From a virus (taxonomy: Duplodnaviria > Caudoviricetes): 64,000 nucleotides of DNA. This document shows positions 19,132 to 29,084 of the stretch, in pieces. Each line of letters starts with the position of its first letter. Within the stretch, counting starts at the first letter, position 1. The notes under the pieces were generated by a model. It had not been told where the DNA came from. It saw only the letters and a list, made by a program, of their open reading frames with translations, and made no database searches. Both the position numbers and the translations under genes were made by a program. The DNA is taken from the IMG/VR virus record IMGVR_UViG_2802429331_000008; one strand, given 5' to 3'.

Positions 19132-19899
19132 TCATCGGGGTTGCCAGGCGTTGATTCGGGCGGCGAGCCGGTCGAGGTAGCCGTCCTGGATGTAGGTGCG
19201 GATGTGCGCGGTCTGGTCGAGGTAGCCGCGGATACCGGCAGCGGCCTGTCCCCATGTACGGGCGGTCGCGAAGGGATGCATCCACCAGCCAGGATTGCCG
19301 GGCTGCCAGCGGTTTCGATTGAACCGATCGGCGAGATCCGTTGTCCACGACAGGTTCGCGAACGTCAACGCGGAGACACCATCGGCCAGCTGCCGCAGCG
19401 GCGAATCCGCCGGGCTGGAGGTGATCGCGTCGGCCGGGTTGGCCGCCTCCCACGTCTGGATGTCGGCCGGGTATGCGCTGTGCTGCCCGTTGATCCCGTA
19501 CCCGAACTCGTTCGAGTCGATCGAATCACCCTCCCGTCGTAGAGGATTGGCGACCGTGGCAGCCCACGCGATCGTGCAATCGGGATACTCGCCGCGGGCT
19601 TTCGCCTCGAGGAAACGGGTCACCACCTCGGCCCCGAGGCTGTATCCGAGCAGGCCGACGAGGTCGGGGGTGGCTCGGACGGCAGTAGCGAGCGCAGCCA
19701 GCCCGGCTACCACGGATTCGTCCTCCGAGCAGCCGAGGACATCCGCGGTGTGGTTGGCGGGCCCGACCGACGCCGGATAGTCGACGTCGGGGCCGATGAC
19801 GTATCTTGCGGGATCGAGCTGGCGGGTGACTCCGCGCAGCATGGTGGTTGGTGCGGCCAATGGTTCCCCGGTGCCGCGAACGGTCAATACAGTGATCAC
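19132..19899 (-). CDS. lysin B-like cutinase/alpha-beta hydrolase
   Basis: TVRGTGE, DYPAS, GYSLG nucleophile elbow, ANPLR, final gene of late operon. Confidence 0.8.
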   Translation of the reverse strand: MITVLTVRGTGEPLAAPTTMLRGVTRQLDPARYVIGPDVDYPASVGPANHTADVLGCSEDESVVAGLAALATAVRATPDLVGLLGYSLGAEVVTRFLEAKARGEYPDCTIAWAATVANPLRREGDSIDSNEFGYGINGQHSAYPADIQTWEAANPADAITSSPADSPLRQLADGVSALTFANLSWTTDLADRFNRNRWQPGNPGWWMHPFATARTWGQAAAGIRGYLDQTAHIRTYIQDGYLDRLAARINAWQPR

Positions 19900-19930
19900 A
19901 ATATCGTCCTGACGGATCCGAGCCCCCGGC

Positions 19931-21826
19931 TCAAGCCACGCGTACGAAGCCGCCCCCGGCGGTCGGGTTGTAGAAAAGTGAGTTGCTGACGGCCCAGACC
20001 GTGATCACGGTGCCCTGCACCACATTCGCGGTTCCGGACACAGATACGGTCGTCGTGCCGGACGGACCGATGGAGACGGGGTTGCTTGTCGCTATCACCG
20101 CATTGTCAACCTGGAGTTGCAGCGTGACCGATACCGGGGAGAAGCCGCCTGATCCGGTGAACGGCACCGACGCGGTCACCTGAGCACCAGCCTTTGGTGC
20201 CTGCGCGACCAGGCCGTCGCTGGTCACCGCGGATCCCGCGTACCCGGGATCCGGTGCCCACCCGGTGATCTGGGTGTAGCCGGAGGAGCTGAGGGTGTTC
20301 CAGGTGCCGGATTTCGTCATCGATGACGGCAGCCACCCCTTCGCCACCGTCGCTGACAAGGTGCCCGTCGCTGACTCGGCATAGGAAGCACTCGCGCGGG
20401 GCGTGTAACTCACGGCGGGAGTTCCGGTCGCGGCGGCGGCGTATCCGACCGGCACCGCGGAAACTGTCGCTGCTGTCGCGGTGCCCTCGCTCGTGGATGT
20501 GAACGCGGCAGTGATCAGCGAGACCACGGTCAGCGCGCCGGTAGCGGTTCGGGTGTAAGGCACGGGTTCTGCCACGGAGGCCGCCGCCGTCAGCGTGCCG
20601 GTGCCGGTCGCTGGGATCGACACTGGCGTGGTGACCATGTACGGGGCGGCTAGTGCACCGGCCGCGTTGAACCAGATGGTCGTGTTACTGAGGCTGCCAA
20701 CCGTGTTGAACGGGGCCGAGGTCGCGACGATCGAGACGTCCCCGGCCGTGCCCGACGCCGAAAACACGGCCGCGCCTGGTACCGACGCTGTGGCGGCCAC
20801 CGCCAGCATCGCGCTGCAGCTGCTCGCGGCGAGGACCGGGGCCTGCACGTACGGCCTCCACCCCGCGCACCCGCCGAACGCGGCGGCCAGCGACGCCGAC
20901 GCGGACAGCCGCCCGATACCGGCGAACGCCGCGATCAGACCCGGCGCCAGCGCGACTGCACCGGCCGCACCGAACCCGGCGATCACACCACCGACCCCGG
21001 CCCTCACCGCCAACGAGCCCACACCAGCAATCGGCATCGCGGCAGTACCCGTCGCTGAGATTGCCCCGGTCAGAGCACCGGTCCCGGCTACCGTGCCCGA
21101 CAGCTCGAGTTGCCCGGTACCCGCTACCGTCCACACTTGCAGGCCGGTGCTGTGGAATGCGACGACAGGCGCCGCCGACCCGGTGACAGTCGCCGTGGCG
21201 GTGCCCGATGCGTCGAATCCGGCTGGGACCGCGACGGTCGCCGCCCCCGTGCCGGACGCGGTGAACGCGGGCCATGCCGCGGCCGTTGCTGTGACCGTGA
21301 CCGATAGCGCACCGCCTGCGCCGCAACCGGTGTCGGAGCGCAGCAGCGTGCCCGCTCCGGAAAATTCAGCTGGGACCAGCACCGCCAGCACCGCCTGGAC
21401 GGCGGCCGCCAACTGCCCACTCCCGCTCCACTGTCCGGCCGCCGCGACCATGCCACCCGCTGCGCTGAATGATGCGAGAACCGCTGTGGTCGTGGGCATC
21501 ACGACACCGGTGACCGTCAGCGATCCGGTCGCCGTGAGGTCGCCGGGCACGGTCGCCGACCACACCGTTGGTCCTGTGAGCGTCCCAGATGTGGTGCCTG
21601 CGAACACGCCGGTGGCCGTGACGGTCGCCGCCATCGTCACCGTGCCCTCGCTCTGCCATCCCAGGATCGTGGACGGAGGGATGTCGGGGATGGCCGCCCC
21701 GTCGATCGTGGCGATCGGTGGCGACGGCAGCACTGCGACAATCACGGGCACGGTGGTGAGCGGCACGGTGATCGTTGGTGGTCCCGGCAGCGGGGCGATC
21801 AGGGTTCGAGCGGCCGGGGCTGGCAT
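19931..21826 (-). CDS. Ala/Gly/Thr-rich minor tail or fibre protein
   Basis: Repeated SGTGTLTA-like beta motifs, C-terminal MTKSGT..ITGW.PD..Y domain. Confidence 0.7.
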   Translation of the reverse strand: MPAPAARTLIAPLPGPPTITVPLTTVPVIVAVLPSPPIATIDGAAIPDIPPSTILGWQSEGTVTMAATVTATGVFAGTTSGTLTGPTVWSATVPGDLTATGSLTVTGVVMPTTTAVLASFSAAGGMVAAAGQWSGSGQLAAAVQAVLAVLVPAEFSGAGTLLRSDTGCGAGGALSVTVTATAAAWPAFTASGTGAATVAVPAGFDASGTATATVTGSAAPVVAFHSTGLQVWTVAGTGQLELSGTVAGTGALTGAISATGTAAMPIAGVGSLAVRAGVGGVIAGFGAAGAVALAPGLIAAFAGIGRLSASASLAAAFGGCAGWRPYVQAPVLAASSCSAMLAVAATASVPGAAVFSASGTAGDVSIVATSAPFNTVGSLSNTTIWFNAAGALAAPYMVTTPVSIPATGTGTLTAAASVAEPVPYTRTATGALTVVSLITAAFTSTSEGTATAATVSAVPVGYAAAATGTPAVSYTPRASASYAESATGTLSATVAKGWLPSSMTKSGTWNTLSSSGYTQITGWAPDPGYAGSAVTSDGLVAQAPKAGAQVTASVPFTGSGGFSPVSVTLQLQVDNAVIATSNPVSIGPSGTTTVSVSGTANVVQGTVITVWAVSNSLFYNPTAGGGFVRVA

Positions 21827-21865
21827 CGCACTCCTCCTGTCGCGGCCGGGGCTGGGGAACGGTGA

Positions 21866-22213
21866 TCAGCTGATGGTGAACGTGGGCGTAATCAGCAGGG
21901 TTCCCTGAGCGCCGAGAGTGGTCGGCGGGATCTGCACCTTGTCCAGGAACGTGCCACCCGAGGCCGCGGTCCACAGGCCCGCCCACCCGTAGGTGCCCGC
22001 GGGCAAGTTGATGGTGACCTGACTGCCGGTAATGCTGCCGTTGGCGGCAGCACCCCAGGTGGTGGCCATGCGCGTATACGCCGGGGAACCGTTCTGCGCC
22101 TCGCTCGCCCCGGTGGTGCCAGGGTCGCCGGTATGCACGCTGATGTAGGCGCCCAGCTGCGCATACGCAGTGCACAACGCATTCTTCGTCGGGTTGACCA
22201 CAGCAATGGCCAT
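21866..22213 (-). CDS. small tail fibre-associated protein
   Basis: ISVHTGDPGTTGASE..Y.R..GLWTAASGGTFL. Confidence 0.8.
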   Translation of the reverse strand: MAIAVVNPTKNALCTAYAQLGAYISVHTGDPGTTGASEAQNGSPAYTRMATTWGAAANGSITGSQVTINLPAGTYGWAGLWTAASGGTFLDKVQIPPTTLGAQGTLLITPTFTIS

Positions 22214-22263
22214 GGGTCGCACTCCTATTCGGCTATCTGTATTAAGTTGTGGCGCAACATATT

Positions 22264-22596
22264 TCAGGTGCGCACAATGGCGCCCTCGTACCAGGCGTAG
22301 GTGGTCGAGGGGGTGGTGGGGAAGGTTGCCAGCATCGTGTACCGCGTGTTCACCGGGATCGAGTCGGCGGTGATCGACGGCACCGTCCACATAGCGGAGG
22401 TGGCGGTGACAGTGGCCCACCAGGTGCCCAGCGCATTGCCGGACGGATCGGTGAGCACGATCCCGATCGCCGTACCGGCCGGGAACACACCACCACTGGA
22501 CGGCTGGATCGTCTGCACGAACGATGCACCGGTCGTGAGGGTGAGCGGTTCGATGATCGGCCGATACCCCAGGTAACCGGGATCGGAGGAGGTCAC
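22264..22596 (-). CDS. LtfC-like small virion protein
   Basis: LGYRP..LTLTTGASFV..WYEGAIVR; GGAG RBS before GTG. Confidence 0.65.
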   Translation of the reverse strand: MTSSDPGYLGYRPIIEPLTLTTGASFVQTIQPSSGGVFPAGTAIGIVLTDPSGNALGTWWATVTATSAMWTVPSITADSIPVNTRYTMLATFPTTPSTTYAWYEGAIVRT

Positions 22597-22985
22597 GGTG
22601 CGGCTCCTCCGTGCTCGACCTCGGCGCGCAGTTCCTCGGACATCTCCAGCGTCGGCAGCTGTCCCTCGCGCACGGCTTCGATGACCACCCGTAGTACGCC
22701 CAGCGCTTCGCGGAACAGGCCGGTGACCCGGTGCAGCTCCCGCACGGACTCCTCTTGTGCCGCTTCGACTCTGTCGAGTCGTCCTGTGACGCTGTCGAGT
22801 TCGGCGGTGACGCGTTCGAGGGTGGCCAGGGCCATGTCGTTGATGTCCTTGGCGACGGATACCTCTCCGCGCAGATCCTCCATGGGGGCGCGGCGGCGCG
22901 TCCGCAACCACGAGAAGAAGGAAGACACGCCGGTGCCGCCGAGGAACGTCGCAGTGGACAGTGCGACAGTCTCGACCAGCGGCAT
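22593..22985 (-). CDS. lysis-cassette membrane protein (TM plus coiled coil)
   Basis: FLGGTGVSSFFSWL TM segment then heptads. Confidence 0.6.
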   Translation of the reverse strand: MPLVETVALSTATFLGGTGVSSFFSWLRTRRRAPMEDLRGEVSVAKDINDMALATLERVTAELDSVTGRLDRVEAAQEESVRELHRVTGLFREALGVLRVVIEAVREGQLPTLEMSEELRAEVEHGGAAP

Positions 22986-23309
22986 CTACACGTCCCCCGC
23001 GACAGCCCCCGCAGCCGCAGGAACGACCGGCGGGATCGGTGGCTGGTGCGCTGCGGCCTGGGCCTTGTCGACGAGATCGCCCACCGCTGCCGCGGCCTGC
23101 TCGACGAGCGGTTCGTTGCGCACCAGCCACACGTTCACGCTGCGCAGTACCTCGAGGACGGCGAGCACACCCCCTGCGGATCCCCAGATGTGGACGGGCG
23201 TGTACTGGGCCAGCGCGGCCACCGAGACGATCACCGAGAGCACACCCCCGATCGTGGAGACGACGGCTTTCGCGTTACGGGACAACACGGTTGCGGTTCC
23301 GCTCATCAC
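22986..23309 (-). CDS. holin
   Basis: Two TM segments, immediately downstream of lysin. Confidence 0.7.
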   Translation of the reverse strand: MMSGTATVLSRNAKAVVSTIGGVLSVIVSVAALAQYTPVHIWGSAGGVLAVLEVLRSVNVWLVRNEPLVEQAAAAVGDLVDKAQAAAHQPPIPPVVPAAAGAVAGDV

Positions 23310-24199
23310 GCCGCCTTCGCGTCTGTAGTGCTCGCGACCGGAATGCCGCTGGCCGGGGTCACCGGTGTCGGTGTGGGCGTGTCGGTGCCGAGCAGATGAG
23401 CCAGTGCGTCGACGGGGGTCCGGTTCTGACCCAGTGCGTTCTGGCCGAGCTGTGGCCAGCCCTGCGCGTTCGGGCCGCGCAACTGGTCCCAGATGTCGCA
23501 GACCTTCGTGTACAGGTCAGTCCACTGGTCGTCGGTGAGTGCCATGGGGTGATCTCCTGGTGTCGTAGGGGAGGGGAAGTCGTGGCAGCCGAGCAGCGCT
23601 GCCAGCTCGGCGTGGGTGCCGCGAAATGCGTTGGCGTCCACCGCATGACCGGCGACATCGGCCTTATCGGTGAACTGCAACAGGTCGGGGTTACGGCCGC
23701 CGAAACCGTTCCAGAAGTCGGTGTCATCGCCGGGGTACAGCTCGGCGGCGTAGCCGGTGCCGGTGACATAGCTGGACTGGATCAGCCCCGGCGCCGCGGT
23801 GAGGTCCGGGCAGCCGATCTGCTGCCAATACCAGCGCGGGATGTAGGACAGCTGGATCTGGTGGCCGCGCGCATTGACGGCGTTGACGAACGCCCAAAAT
23901 GTAGAGATGTCACCGGAATTCGCTTCGAAGTCGACCATGGCGGCGACCCCGTCACCGAGATGAGAAGTGAACAGGTCGGCTTGGGCGTTGATGTCGCAGT
24001 CGCCGCGCAGGTAGTGGTATCCGGCCACCAGTAGCCCCTCGGCGCGGGCCGCGTCCCGGTATACCGGCCAGGTCGAGTCGACGAAGTAATCGCCCTCGGT
24101 GACCTTCGCGAAGACGAAGTCGAAGCCCTCTGCCTTCACTTGCGCCATGTCGATGTCAGGGCCGTTGTTGTTGGAGATGTCGATGCCGAACAAGGTCAC
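23306..24199 (-). CDS. endolysin, GH25 muramidase with C-terminal LGQN cell-wall domain
   Basis: FGIDISNN, AKVTEG, DFE, LQFTD, DANAFRG; GWPQLGQN. Confidence 0.9.
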   Translation of the reverse strand: MTLFGIDISNNNGPDIDMAQVKAEGFDFVFAKVTEGDYFVDSTWPVYRDAARAEGLLVAGYHYLRGDCDINAQADLFTSHLGDGVAAMVDFEANSGDISTFWAFVNAVNARGHQIQLSYIPRWYWQQIGCPDLTAAPGLIQSSYVTGTGYAAELYPGDDTDFWNGFGGRNPDLLQFTDKADVAGHAVDANAFRGTHAELAALLGCHDFPSPTTPGDHPMALTDDQWTDLYTKVCDIWDQLRGPNAQGWPQLGQNALGQNRTPVDALAHLLGTDTPTPTPVTPASGIPVASTTDAKAA

Positions 24200-24240
24200 G
24201 GGGTCCTCCGTATTCAGTTGTGCGGGAACAGGAATGGTGG

Positions 24241-25716
24241 TCAGCCGATGAGGGCGCCGTCGAAGTAGGTGCAGTAGCCCTGCCCGGAGCCCGCGATCTT
24301 GAGCGGGTAGTTGCCGGAGTCGGGGGCGAGATACAGGGCGGGGATCAGCTGGTCACCGGGGTTGAGGTAGATGATGTTGGTGGCCGCGACGCCGTAAACG
24401 CGGCCTCCGGCCGCTCCGACCGTGTCGGCGAGGTAGCCCATGCGGGTGACCTGGTCGCCGGATGCGCCATTGGGGAGCAGCGAGAAACCGGCCGCCGCCC
24501 CTTCGGGCGTATCGGAGGGGAACAACGCGCCCATCGATACCAGGTACCAGCCGGGTTTCTGGATTTTCACGATGCCCTGATCGAATCCGGTGAACGACAC
24601 GTTCGCCATCTGCCGGACGGTGTCGAAGGTTCCGGCGGGCAACTTGAACCAGCCGGATCCGGTGTTGCCGGTCGAGCTGGGTGTGGCGCTGCCCTTGAAG
24701 ATCGACCATCCGGTACCGAGAGTCTGCGGCGGGCTGGTGTCGGCGGCCGCGAACGACGCGGCTTCCCAGCCGACGGTGACGTTGCCCCACCCGTCGATCG
24801 ACTGCCGCGTCAGCAACCCGACGCTGCGCGTGCCCGCGCCGGTCGGCACCTGCCCGATGGTGTCGGTGTGGGTGAGGACCGGTGTCGCGTTGCGGGAGAA
24901 CGTGTAGGTCGACGCGGACACGGCCAGCGACAACGTATCTCCGGCGGCCAGCAGAAACTGATCGCTGCCGATGGAGGCCCAGTCGGTGAAGGTCCACCGG
25001 TTGCCGGTGTAGGTGCCGTAGCCGAGGTTGACGCTGTGGATGAACACGTTCGCGTACACGAAGCTGGACATGTCGGGGGCGGCGCGCACGATCAGCCCGG
25101 TGTACGCCTGCGAATTCGGGTCGCCGTACCCACATACCGTGCTGGCCGTGTGGTTGTCGGTGGCCATCACGGTCTGGTGCAGTGCCCACCGGCGCCCTGC
25201 GACAGCAACCCTCGGCGGTTGGGCAGCCATCCCTGCCCCGTATTGGTCGGTCATCCAGGGCGCGGTCCCTGCGTCACCGCCGAGGCTCCAGCCCGGCCCC
25301 AGCGAGCCGGACAAGCCCGGGGGGAAGCCCGGTACGGTCACGGCATTGCCGCCGGTCTGCTGTTGCTGCTGCTGATTCTGGATCGCGGACACTGCGCTGT
25401 TGGCGGTCGCTTGCGCGGCCTGCGACCCCCGCAGCGCCTTCTTCGCCTGGGCATCCAGATTGTCCGCCCATGCGGTCATGAACCCGAACGGTTTGAGGCC
25501 GAGGATATCGATGCCGGCGAGCGCGCGGCAGATCAGAGCACCGAACTCGTCGATCGCGTATTCCTGGAAGTTGCCCACCGAGCTGCCGAAGTTGTTCATG
25601 GACGCCAGCACCGGTTGCGCCAGCTGCTGCTGCACCGACTGCTGGTTCATCCGCGCCAGCTGCGACAGGCTCGTGTTGGTGTAGCCGCCGTCGGGGTGCG
25701 GCCGGTACTGGGTCAC
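24241..25716 (-). CDS. minor tail protein / receptor-binding candidate
   Basis: 491 aa, beta-rich C-terminal domains ending TYFDGALIG. Confidence 0.75.
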   Translation of the reverse strand: MTQYRPHPDGGYTNTSLSQLARMNQQSVQQQLAQPVLASMNNFGSSVGNFQEYAIDEFGALICRALAGIDILGLKPFGFMTAWADNLDAQAKKALRGSQAAQATANSAVSAIQNQQQQQQTGGNAVTVPGFPPGLSGSLGPGWSLGGDAGTAPWMTDQYGAGMAAQPPRVAVAGRRWALHQTVMATDNHTASTVCGYGDPNSQAYTGLIVRAAPDMSSFVYANVFIHSVNLGYGTYTGNRWTFTDWASIGSDQFLLAAGDTLSLAVSASTYTFSRNATPVLTHTDTIGQVPTGAGTRSVGLLTRQSIDGWGNVTVGWEAASFAAADTSPPQTLGTGWSIFKGSATPSSTGNTGSGWFKLPAGTFDTVRQMANVSFTGFDQGIVKIQKPGWYLVSMGALFPSDTPEGAAAGFSLLPNGASGDQVTRMGYLADTVGAAGGRVYGVAATNIIYLNPGDQLIPALYLAPDSGNYPLKIAGSGQGYCTYFDGALIG

Positions 25717-26195
25717 CGGCCCGGCTCCCAGCCACTCTCGGACGCATTCACCGGCTCATCGGCCGGTGCGGCCGTGCCGACGCTGGCTTGGCGCAACGCA
25801 TCGGCCGCACCCGCCTGTCGCGCGGCCTCCAGCAGGTGATTCAGGTTCCCCGCCTGGTGCAGCTGGGCGACCACGGCCGCCCGCTCGTGGTGCGACAGGA
25901 TCGCCATATCCGGAGCGGTGACGGTCGGCGGCCGCGGCGTCCCGGCCTCGACCCACCGGCCCGCGCCGTTGATCCAATGATTCTGACCGCGCGACGGCGG
26001 ATGCCACTCGCGGGTCTGGTGTTCCGGGTGATGACGTAATCCCAACTGCCACAAGTGTTCCGACCACTGTTCCAGCACATTCGGATGTACCAGCAGCGGC
26101 ACATTCTGTTTCGGGCCGGGCAACCCGACCAGTGCCCACACGAACGCTTCGCGCGGATTGCTGGGGTCGCATTCGTGCTGTTCAGGCACGGGCAT
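25713..26195 (-). CDS. minor tail protein (DUF2744-like)
   Basis: CDPSNPREAFVWALVGLP..WSEHLWQLG.RH. Confidence 0.85.
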   Translation of the reverse strand: MPVPEQHECDPSNPREAFVWALVGLPGPKQNVPLLVHPNVLEQWSEHLWQLGLRHHPEHQTREWHPPSRGQNHWINGAGRWVEAGTPRPPTVTAPDMAILSHHERAAVVAQLHQAGNLNHLLEAARQAGAADALRQASVGTAAPADEPVNASESGWEPGR

Positions 26196-26235
26196 ACCAA
26201 ATCACTTCCCTACCAACATGTTCCGAGACGAAAAG

Positions 26236-27888
26236 TCAGGCGACACCGAGGTCGTGCAGGTCTCCCACGACGTCGGACAGCATTCGCAGCGCCTTGCTCA
26301 TGGGCTCGTCGTCGTTGTTGCTGCCGATCGTGATCTGCCACTCCGGGGCCGAGGTCCGCGACCATGCGCGCACCAGCTCCGACACGCGCTCGACATAGAT
26401 CTGGCCCGGCGGCATTCCTTTCGCCGTGCTGCCGATCCGGTCGCCGAGGAAAAAGTGACCTTTCCCGGTCTCGCCGACCAGAAACGGGGCGCCGTCGGCG
26501 ATCGTCATCTTGTGCACGAACCGGCGGCGTGTCTTCCACAACGCCGCGGCGAGCGTCAACACCGACGACAGTGTGTACGCCTTGTCCGGGCTCTGCTCGA
26601 AGTACTCGAAGTAGTGAGACCATCCGGCCGTGTACGCGCGGCCTGCGTCTTTGTAGGACATCCAGGCGGCGATGGTGTCCATGTAGAACGGCCGCAGCAG
26701 GGTATCGACGATCTGCCCAGCCGCCGCCAGCCCGTACGCCTCGCCGAGGACGGCCGCAGCGGCCAGGTCGATCGAGGCTTGGATCCCCACGGAGATCAAC
26801 TCGTTGACCATGGACAGGCTGTGGCCGCCGGTCAGCATCTGCACCGCGGTGAACGGCCAGTACTCGAACTGCGAGGACTGGATGCCGGTGTGCGCGCCGG
26901 GCCGGTACACCACCCACGGCACGCCCGGCAGGCTGCCAAGCCAGCCGGGGGTGCGGTACTCGTCTGGGGCGTCGGGGTCGGGCAACACATAACTGGATTG
27001 CTCGAGGAAGTCGTTCGCGAGCACTTGGGCGGTGTGGACGAGGCCGGTGAAGGCGTCGCCGTGCTCGGCGGTGCCCGACCACGCGTCCTGGGCGATGATG
27101 TCGACCACCAGGCAGCCGTTGCGCAGTACCGCGCCGGGCCACGGTGGCGGGTCACCAGCCAGCCAGCGGCGGGTCACGATCCGCAGCTGCGCCATGTCCA
27201 GGGTGTCAGCGGCGGCGACCATGAAACTTTTCCACCGTGACCCGAAGACGGTCCACAACGAACCGTCCGCCAAGAAGTCGGTCGGCGTGACCACGATCGG
27301 CCACGTCGACTGATCCAAATCGATCCATTGACGCACGTCGAGCGGGTCGTCCGGGACTGCCCAGATCGACGAGGAAAGCCGGAAAATCTGGAGGAACACG
27401 GCCGTCTTCAGCGTCCACACCGAGGGCCCGAACAGCACGAATTCGCGCGGCACCTGCACCAGCGCCGGAGTCAGAGGATTGCTCCAGCAGTAAATAAATT
27501 TCAGCTCCTGAATCGAATGCAGGAACGTCAATTCAATTGTGGTGACACCTTTGTCGTCGGTTTTGATCGCCGCCTTTTCCAGGCGACCGTCCCATCGAGA
27601 TCCGTTGCGGTCGTCACAGGTGATGTGCACGTTCTGCTTGGCGCGCCCGTACGGGTCCACTGTCCACTGCGCCAGATGGTGATCCCAGGGCAGCACCACT
27701 GTGCCGGTCCCGGCGTCGTTGAGCAGCCAGCGGAACTCGGCCGAGACCTCCCCGGCGATCACGCCGCGCAGATTCCAGTCCCCGTCCCACAGCCGCAGCA
27801 TCGGCCGGGCGAACCGTGCGGCTTTCCGTCCGGCCTTCACCTGCTGCGCCGCGCAGAAGATCCGGGGAAGATCAGCGACCGCCGTCAC
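26236..27888 (-). CDS. minor tail protein (baseplate hub, Gp37-like)
   Basis: RLWDGDWNLRG, WSNPLTPA..Q.PR, GHFFLGDRIG; start at GTG after AGGAGAGG. Confidence 0.88.
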   Translation of the reverse strand: MTAVADLPRIFCAAQQVKAGRKAARFARPMLRLWDGDWNLRGVIAGEVSAEFRWLLNDAGTGTVVLPWDHHLAQWTVDPYGRAKQNVHITCDDRNGSRWDGRLEKAAIKTDDKGVTTIELTFLHSIQELKFIYCWSNPLTPALVQVPREFVLFGPSVWTLKTAVFLQIFRLSSSIWAVPDDPLDVRQWIDLDQSTWPIVVTPTDFLADGSLWTVFGSRWKSFMVAAADTLDMAQLRIVTRRWLAGDPPPWPGAVLRNGCLVVDIIAQDAWSGTAEHGDAFTGLVHTAQVLANDFLEQSSYVLPDPDAPDEYRTPGWLGSLPGVPWVVYRPGAHTGIQSSQFEYWPFTAVQMLTGGHSLSMVNELISVGIQASIDLAAAAVLGEAYGLAAAGQIVDTLLRPFYMDTIAAWMSYKDAGRAYTAGWSHYFEYFEQSPDKAYTLSSVLTLAAALWKTRRRFVHKMTIADGAPFLVGETGKGHFFLGDRIGSTAKGMPPGQIYVERVSELVRAWSRTSAPEWQITIGSNNDDEPMSKALRMLSDVVGDLHDLGVA

Positions 27889-27927
27889 CGCGGCACCTCT
27901 CCTATTCAATTGTTGTGGGACTCAGAC

Positions 27928-28824
27928 CTACTGAAGGCCCCACGGGCGCGACCAGTTCCGGTTCTGCACCACCATCACCGACGCGCCTGGCAGCGCATAC
28001 GTCACCGACACCGGCAGCTGCGTGGGCGCCGTCCACGGAGGCACCGGGTACAAGAAGGTGACGCCGTTCATCCAGGCCCACAGCGGGGTACCGTCGGCGG
28101 ACACGATCATTTCCTCGAGCGGGTCGGTGTCGACGGTGAGGTCCTGGCCGGCGATGGTCAGCGGCAGCGTGATCACCCGATGCGCATCCGCCACTGCCCG
28201 GCCTTGGGAGTTGTCGCCGAACGAGAAGTCCGGCAGTGTCCATTTGCCGGGTGCACTGCACACCCACTTCAGCCACATCGGCTGATCGGTCGGATTGCTG
28301 ATACGGACTGTGCCGGAACCGATCTGGCCGCCGCTGGTGTCGATGTTCGTCGTCCACGTGGCGGTCGCGTCGGCCTCGACCCACCACGGGTTGCCCGCTG
28401 TGCAGGTCATCACGACCTGCCCCCACATCTTCAGGTGCGGGTCGTGCACCGGCTTGAACTCCGGCTGCTGAGCCAGCCGCAGCCGCAGCGACCGCGCCCC
28501 ATATTGGGTGGTGATCGTCAGAATGGAGTCGCGATCGTAGGCCCACGCCTTTCTCCACATCGAATCGACCAATTCCCAAGGCCGACCTGGCATCTCGAAG
28601 ACGTTGACGCTGAAAATCAAGTCTCTCTTGTTGATTCGATATCCGGCGAAGCTGGACCCGATCTGGAACGCCGACTGCGTCCAAATCGTGGTGACCGGCG
28701 CGTCGTACAAGCCTGCTGGGCTGCTGCCCAATTGGACTCCTTCTCGGCCCGAATGCGGACCGGAGACCATCCACTGCGATCCGTCGACCCCGGTGACGGT
28801 GATCGTCGCCGCCGTCGGTGCCAT
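27928..28824 (-). CDS. distal tail (Dit-like) minor tail protein
   Basis: GVDGSQW, SNPTDQPMWLKW, WTLPDFS, WSRPWGL. Confidence 0.88.
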   Translation of the reverse strand: MAPTAATITVTGVDGSQWMVSGPHSGREGVQLGSSPAGLYDAPVTTIWTQSAFQIGSSFAGYRINKRDLIFSVNVFEMPGRPWELVDSMWRKAWAYDRDSILTITTQYGARSLRLRLAQQPEFKPVHDPHLKMWGQVVMTCTAGNPWWVEADATATWTTNIDTSGGQIGSGTVRISNPTDQPMWLKWVCSAPGKWTLPDFSFGDNSQGRAVADAHRVITLPLTIAGQDLTVDTDPLEEMIVSADGTPLWAWMNGVTFLYPVPPWTAPTQLPVSVTYALPGASVMVVQNRNWSRPWGLQ

Positions 28825-29084
28825 ACGCGCCCCTCTATTCAGTTGTTGTCAAAGAGTCTCGAATGCCCTGCTGCAGAACCTGTTCCGCGCCGGAACGATC
28901 CGTGCGGAGTCAGAGCGAATTCAGATCGAGATCCACAGCAAGGGACCGCTGACACGAATGTTCAGCCGGGCGAAGCTGGGCATTCGACTGCCATCAGGCG
29001 TCCGGCTGTTCGGCGGTGACCGGCTGGTCGACGCCACCGGAAATCCGGTGTGCGTCAATCTCGCCGGTCAGCTCGCCTGGCCGC

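Noticed and set aside
19132-24199. Lysin and holin separated from lysin B by tail genes
   Set aside because: Split lysis cassettes are common in Gordonia/Rhodococcus-type phages
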